The notes under the pieces: model-generated
Databases searched by the model: none
Told to the model about the DNA's origin: nothing
Seen by the model: the letters and a program-made list of their open reading frames with translations, nothing else
Made by a program: the position numbers and the translations under genes
Shown: one piece after another, positions 57,697 to 64,000 of the stretch
How positions within the stretch are numbered: position 1 is the stretch's first letter
Layout: every line of letters starts with the position of its first letter
Assembly: GCF_001194135.2 (NCBI RefSeq)
Contig: NC_068999.1
Location: forward strand, 36,886,296-36,950,295
DNA length: 64,000 bases
DNA from: Octopus bimaculoides
Taxonomy: Eukaryota
Direction of reading: 5' to 3'

Positions 57697-59064
57697 CGTG
57701 AATGCTGGTTTTTAGAATAGGTACACAATATCCCTGTTTGTCATAAAAAGCAATTAAAAGTTAACATCAAGAAAGGCTTCCACCCTTAAAACTCTACCCC
57801 CAGAATCCCTATGTAACTCATGGAAAAGGGATCATAAAAACAGATGATGTGGAGATTGCGAATACCTGCGGTAGGGGTAGAAGGTAGCTTGAGAAGAAAT
57901 GGCTAACTCAGATGTGAAAGCACAGTAGATTCGTCACAGTATTGAGTTATGTGGATTTGTCTGGCCATGTCAGCAAATAAATATAGCGGTAAAATCGTTC
58001 AGGATAATTGTGATGGCTATGAATATTATCAAACTTCTTAAGACAGTAAGCTGGTAAAATGCTCAGTAGCATTTCATCCGTTTTTACATTCTGATTTCAA
58101 ATCCTGCAAAGGTCAGCTTTGCCTTTTATCCTTTCGGGGTCAATCAATCCGATGAACACTGGGGTTGATGTAATTCTCTTATCCTCCCTCCCAAAGTTGC
58201 TGGCCTTGTACCAAAATTTAAAACCAGTATTATTAAACTTCTTAAAATGGTGAGCTGGTAGAATTGTTAGCACACCAGACAAAATGCTTAATGACATTTC
58301 GTCTAGCTTTACATTCTGAGTTCAAATTCCGCCGAGGCTAACTTTGTCTTTTATTGTTTTGGGGTCGATAATATGAGTACCAGTTGAGCACTGGGGTTGA
58401 TGTAATCGATTTATTCCCACCCCTGAAATTGCTGGCCTCATTCGAAAATTTGAAAGCAATATTATCAAACTTCTTGTATCTGACAATATATTTTTGGCTA
58501 AATTTAACTACGCAGAAATGCTTTTTCATTTTCTCCAACACACACACAAAAGAAGAAAGAAAAATCCTGTCTGGTTTGAGTGAAAATAGAGAAAGGAAAA
58601 GAAGAAAAAAAAGAGGAATTAAAATCCAATTTTGTACTGGTCATGTCTAGCCATTTCTGCGTTTATTGCCAGAAAACTGAGAGGATCATGGGAAATAAGA
58701 TTAAGATATTTATGAGACTGAGAACACTGCAATATTTAAGTTTAGCTCATCACTACACAGTTGTGACTGCCGTCACTTTATATTTTTTCTTATTACTGTT
58801 GTTGTTGTGGCTCTATAAAAAGAATGTTTACTAAATTTAACATTCTAAAATTGTCCACAATCATTCACACACTCACACAAACATCTGCGTTTTACTTGTT
58901 TCAGTCATTGGACTGTGATCATGCTGGAGCACTGCTTTGAAGGGTGGATGTAGTTGAGCAAATTGATAAATTGACCTCGTTGCCTTTTTTTTTTTTAGTC
59001 TCTTTTACTGAACTGCAAAGTTATGGGGGTGTAAACAAACCAACACCAGTGGTAATGTGGACAT

Positions 59065-59435
59065 TGTTGTTGGTACTCCGTCGCTTACGTTGTCGAGGGT
59101 TCCAGTCGATCCGATCAACAGAACAGCCTGCTCGTGAAATTAACGTGCAAGTGGCTGAGCACTCCACAGACACGTGTACCCTTAGCGTAGTTCTCAGGGG
59201 TATTCAGCGTGACACAGTGTGACAAGGCTGACCCTTTGAAATACAGGCACAACAGAAACAGGAAGAAAGAGTGAGAGAAAGTTGTGGTGAAAGAGTACAG
59301 CAGGGTTCGCCACCATCCCCTGCGGGAGCCTCGTGGAGCTTTAGGTGTTTTCACTCAATAAACACTCACAATGCCCGGTCTGGGAATCGAAACCGCGAGC
59401 CCTCTGCCCTAACCACTGGGCCATTGCGCCTCCAC
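59065..59435 (-). mobile_element. Full-length SINE family C with 14-bp TSD
   Basis: TSD GGTAATGTGGACAT at 59051-59064 and 59436-59449; (AAC)n tail on the minus strand. Confidence 0.92.
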
Positions 59436-62400
59436 GGTAATGTGGACATACACACATGTATATATATATATATATACATGCATGCATGCAAAAATACCCT
59501 GTTGTTTGTGTTGAAATTCAATGAAGCATCCTTGGATCTAGATTAGAAACTGGCTCTTTCTCTATTGGCAAGAAATCTTGAAATAAACTGAATAATGATA
59601 TACCTATGAGTGAGTGAGTAGAAAATTAAAAAAAAGAGGCACTCAACACATTTAGTAGGAGTTATATATATTATCATTTAAAACAGCTTGGGTCTAGCTA
59701 GGTTCCTGTGATAAGCCTATGAAACTTTGTTACATGGGTGAAATCAAACTGGTTTAGATAATATTCCTTTCTACTATAGGCACTTGGCCTCAAATCTGTC
59801 GGGAGGGGACTAGTTGATTGCATCGACCCCAGTGTTTCACTGGTACTTAATTTATCGACCCCCAAAAGGATGAAAGGCAAAGTCGACCTCAGCGGAATTT
59901 GAACTCGGAACATAAAGGCGGACAAAATACCACTAAACATTTTGCCTGGCATGCTAATGGTTCTGCCAGCTCACCACCTTAATAATCCTTTCTGCTGGAG
60001 ACACAAGGCCTCAAATTTGTGGGGAGGGGAGTAATTGATTACATCAACCCCAGTGTTTGACTGGTACTTAATTTATCGACCCCAAAAGGATGAGATGTAC
60101 AGCCAACCATGGCAGAATTTGAACTCAGAACATAGCGACAGGTGAAATACTGCTCAGCATTTCATCTGGCACACTAACGATTCTACCAGCTTGCCGCCTT
60201 AATAATAATAATAATAATAATAATTGTGGGGGGGGGGTNNNNNNNNNNNNNNNNNNNNNNNNNNNNNNNNNNNNNNNNNNNNNNNNNNNNNNNNNNNNNN
60301 NNNNNNNNNNNNNNNNNNNNNNNNNNNNNNNNNNNNNNNNNNNNNNNNNNNNNNNNNNNNNNNNNNNNNNNNNNNNNNNNNNNNNNNNNNNNNNNNNNNN
60401 NNNNNNNNNNNNNNNNNNNNNNNNNNNNNNNNNNNNNNNNNNNNNNNNNNNNNNNNNNNNNNNNNNNNNNNNNNNNNNNNNNNNNNNNNNNNNNNNNNNN
60501 NNNNNNNNNNNNNNNNNNNNNNNNNNNNNNNNNNNNNNNNNNNNNNNNNNNNNNNNNNNNNNNNNNNNNNNNNNNNNNNNNNNNNNNNNNNNNNNNNNNN
60601 NNNNNNNNNNNNNNNNNNNNNNNNNNNNNNNNNNNNNNNNNNNNNNNNNNNNNNNNNNNNNNNNNNNNNNNNNNNNNNNNNNNNNNNNNNNNNNNNNNNN
60701 NNNNNNNNNNNNNNNNNNNNNNNNNNNNNNNNNNNNNNNNNNNNNNNNNNNNNNNNNNNNNNNNNNNNNNNNNNNNNNNNNNNNNNNNNNNNNNNNNNNN
60801 NNNNNNNNNNNNNNNNNNNNNNNNNNNNNNNNNNNNNNNNNNNNNNNNNNNNNNNNNNNNNNNNNNNNNNNNNNNNNNNNNNNNNNNNNNNNNNNNNNNN
60901 NNNNNNNNNNNNNNNNNNNNNNNNNNNNNNNNNNNNNNNNNNNNNNNNNNNNNNNNNNNNNNNNNNNNNNNNNNNNNNNNNNNNNNNNNNNNNNNNNNNN
61001 NNNNNNNNNNNNNNNNNNNNNNNNNNNNNNNNNNNNNNNNNNNNNNNNNNNNNNNNNNNNNNNNNNNNNNNNNNNNNNNATATATATATATATATATAAA
61101 TATATAGGGATCACCATGAGATTGCTTCACCAGCATACTGAAAATTTAGAAATAGCATTACTTATTTGAGTCATTGGACTGTGGCCCTAAAGAGTTTAGT
61201 CAAACAAATTGACTCTAGAATTTTTTTTTTTTATTAGCTTGACACTTATTCTATCTAGAAAAAACATAGAGACCCCCCACCCAAGTATTGTTTGTGTTTT
61301 AATATACCATGGTAAGTATCTTTAAGAGATGAGTAAGACAAGATAATAGCCCATTATCGTTATGATGGTAACGAGAAATATTAGAAAATGAGCCATAACA
61401 CCTCAAGAAACGATACAGGAACCACACCAAAGTTATTGATTGAGAATGTGTGTTACTAAAGTGTCTGGTCCAGGTTTGGGTGAGCGAGCATTGTGTCAAT
61501 AGCGTTGAGGTACAACTTTTTCAGCCGGATCTTCGACCTTATTGCAAGCCTCACCGGTTCTTCCTCCTGACTTTTTTAGATTCTAGATGTCAAGACAAAG
61601 AAAATGATATACTAATCTCGAAAATGGCTGGGGTGGCACTTACGACACTCTGTTACTAAATGCCTCACGTGTACATTAACTATGTTGTATTTATATAGCT
61701 ACTTCTGTTGCATTAGATGAACATGTATATATATATATATATATATATATAAAGAATTATGAATATATATATATATGTATGATGCTAGTGCTGCCTGACT
61801 GGCATCCGTTCTGGTGGCGTGTAAAAAGCACCATTTGAGCGTGGTCAATGCTAGTGACATGTAAAAAGCACCCGCTACACTCTTGGTGTGGTTGGCATTA
61901 GGAAGGGCATCCAGCTGTAGAAACCTTGCCCAATCAGATTGGAGCCTGGTGCAATCTCCCAGCTTGCCAGTCAAACCATCCAACCCATGCCAGCATGGAA
62001 AGCAGATGCTAAACAATGATGATGGTGATGATGACACACAGTATGTAAGATCTAGAGATGCTCATTACAGAAAACACTTAATAGTGCTCAAATGATTTGA
62101 ATTTAAACTCTGGAGTTTTATTGAAGACTGGGTCCATTGGGTAAAGAGTTACTATAAGACAAATCCAGGTTGGCTAATATAGCAATAGTGATGCAGGTAC
62201 ACAGACATATGCACATATATCTCCATCATTTAACATCCATTTTCTATGCTAGCATGAGTTAGGCAACACTTTATACAACTCTCTTCATCCATCTGCATCC
62301 TGTGACTATACCAGTGCATTTTTCTCTCTTCCTCACCTTGTTTGATGCCGCTTAGTCCCATTTTTACTCCCTTTGTGAATGGATTTGCCAGGCAGAAATT

Positions 62401-62675
62401 GAAAGCTCATTATATATGTGTGTGTGTGTGTGTGTGTATCTTACTGTTTCTTGTCTTTGATATCACTTTATTGATGTAAACAAGCATGAGTGTCATACAA
62501 GCAGTGTCTCTTGTTTCCAGTCTTCCATGGAAACATGTCTGGCTGTGGGGGAACATTACTTTACTTGGAAACATGTGAAAGTTTGCAACAGGAAGGGCAT
62601 CTGTTTGAAGGAAATTTGTCTCAATGAATGCCATCAGACTCATGCTCATAAATGACATACATATGCAAATGATGG

Positions 62676-62718
<43 letters not shown>

Positions 62719-63089
62719 ATAAGCATGTTGATATTTCATGTCTTGGTATGATGCTGCTTGAGTAAAATATGCCTTGTTTTTCAGTGGTTGTGAAGGTCAC
62801 TATCTTCATCATCATTGTCTAATGTCTGTTTTCTATGCTGGCATCAATTGGACAGCTTGACAGGACCCAATGAGCCAGAAAACTGGGCTAAGCTCCAGTG
62901 TCTGTTTTGGCATGGTTTCTACAGCTGGATGCCCTTCCTAATACCAGCCACTTTACAGAGTGTACTGAGTGTATTTTCAACACAAGTGAGGTCACTTAGC
63001 AATTTGCAAGGCAAGACCTCTAAAACTGTTGGGGTGTAGTATGATAGGGAAACAAAATCTGGTGTCCTACTGTAGAAGAGATATGTGGG

Positions 63090-64000
63090 ATCTTTATGGT
63101 TTGACGGTCAACACTTGTTTTCTTAACGAAACACTTTCAAACTTGGGACACTGGTAGAATGTGTCATACAAAACAACTTTTTCTCTTAGCCTTCTTAACA
63201 AAAAATTGTACATCGCAAGCTATTTCATGTTAAAGTTGTCGTATTTCTGTAATTTCAACCAATCACTGACGTCTATTCAGCTGAATACAGTCAGTGCTCT
63301 TTCGTAAACAATATTTTTTTCCCGGTCATAAAAATGAAATTCCCTGTGACATTTCATCTGGTTTAATCGTAATTTATACGCATATATTGTTTATATAATA
63401 AATTACGCTGTGCGTATCTGTGTGTGCAACAATTTTTCGCTAGTACTCAGTAACATATTTTCTAAATGATGGTAGAGCTTGATTTGAAGAAGAACTAGAG
63501 TTCGAGTTCTAGAGTTAGGGTTAGGGTTATGATTATTTTTGCCATAACCTCACTCATAACCCTAACCCTAACTCTAAAACCCGAACCCTAACCCTAAACT
63601 AGAGTTTGATTTGAAGATTTGGCTGCTATTTCTAGGAAATGAAGCACTTGGTGGAGGTGCATTAATAATTCTGCCGGCTCCAATAACAAGTGCAGGCAAT
63701 ATTCAAGTATTTTGATGGCTTTTTCCCCTTTGTTTATAAACATTCTAGTTAATCGGAAATGTCAGAACTAACCGGGATTAACACCATATACACCGTCACA
63801 GCACTAACTGTATTCAACTGAATAGACGTCAGTGATTAGTTGAAATTATCGAAATAAGACAATTTTTAACGTGAAATAACTTCGGATACAAAAATTTTTA
63901 CCTGTTCTATACCACAAAATATACAAGTATACGAAGTTTGAAAGTGTTTCGGTACCAAAAACACTACATAAAAAAATGTTGGCCGTCAAACCCTAAAGAT
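63090..64000. mobile_element. Fold-back non-autonomous DNA element with long imperfect TIRs and a TTAGGG/CCCTAA core
   Basis: atctttatggtttgacggtcaaca vs tgttggccgtcaaaccctaaagat; arms of about 200 nt containing TATTCAGCTGAATA and GACGTCA; may extend past the window end. Confidence 0.8.

Noticed and set aside
58670-58790. Possible next exon of gene 2 after ttattgccag
   Set aside because: No credible donor and no coding-like composition.
6721-61136. Long ORFs in the track containing X runs (e.g. 6721-7467, 30670-31557, 46495-47034, 57161-57728, 60125-61136)
   Set aside because: They only read through N gaps.
1-64000. CRISPR arrays, operons, rRNA or intact tRNA genes, intact transposase or RT ORFs
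   Set aside because: None seen; this is eukaryotic DNA and all mobile-element ORFs are disrupted.

Overview
AT-rich, intron- and repeat-dense animal genomic DNA with nine N gaps. The repeat set (tRNA-derived CORE-type SINEs with internal TA/TG microsatellites, RTE tails ending in (GAT)n) looks like an octopod genome; this is inference, not a database result. One complete gene is reconstructed on the + strand: CCT2 (TCP-1 subunit beta). It has 15 well-supported coding exons (9784-25885) plus a probable ATG-only first exon (5656-5658) spliced through a non-canonical GC donor, giving 1614 nt and 537 aa. A strong heat-shock element lies just upstream and AATAAA lies at 26103. A second, unidentified + strand gene appears to start at 32090 (MADGS) and join in phase to a Q/S/H-rich exon at 54714-55117, then run out of the window. 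The rest is mobile DNA: a decayed CRE-clade retrotransposon, I/Jockey, RTE and R4-like LINE remnants, three SINE families, mariner, hAT and piggyBac-type MITEs, a Helitron, a Penelope-like pseudo-LTR with a hammerhead-like motif, and TIR elements carrying TTAGGG/CCCTAA cores. No novel multi-gene system can be shown from the sequence. The best leads are the GC-AG first intron, several snoRNA-like structured segments in CCT2 introns, the telomere-core elements, the hammerhead-like Penelope end and the orphan second gene.
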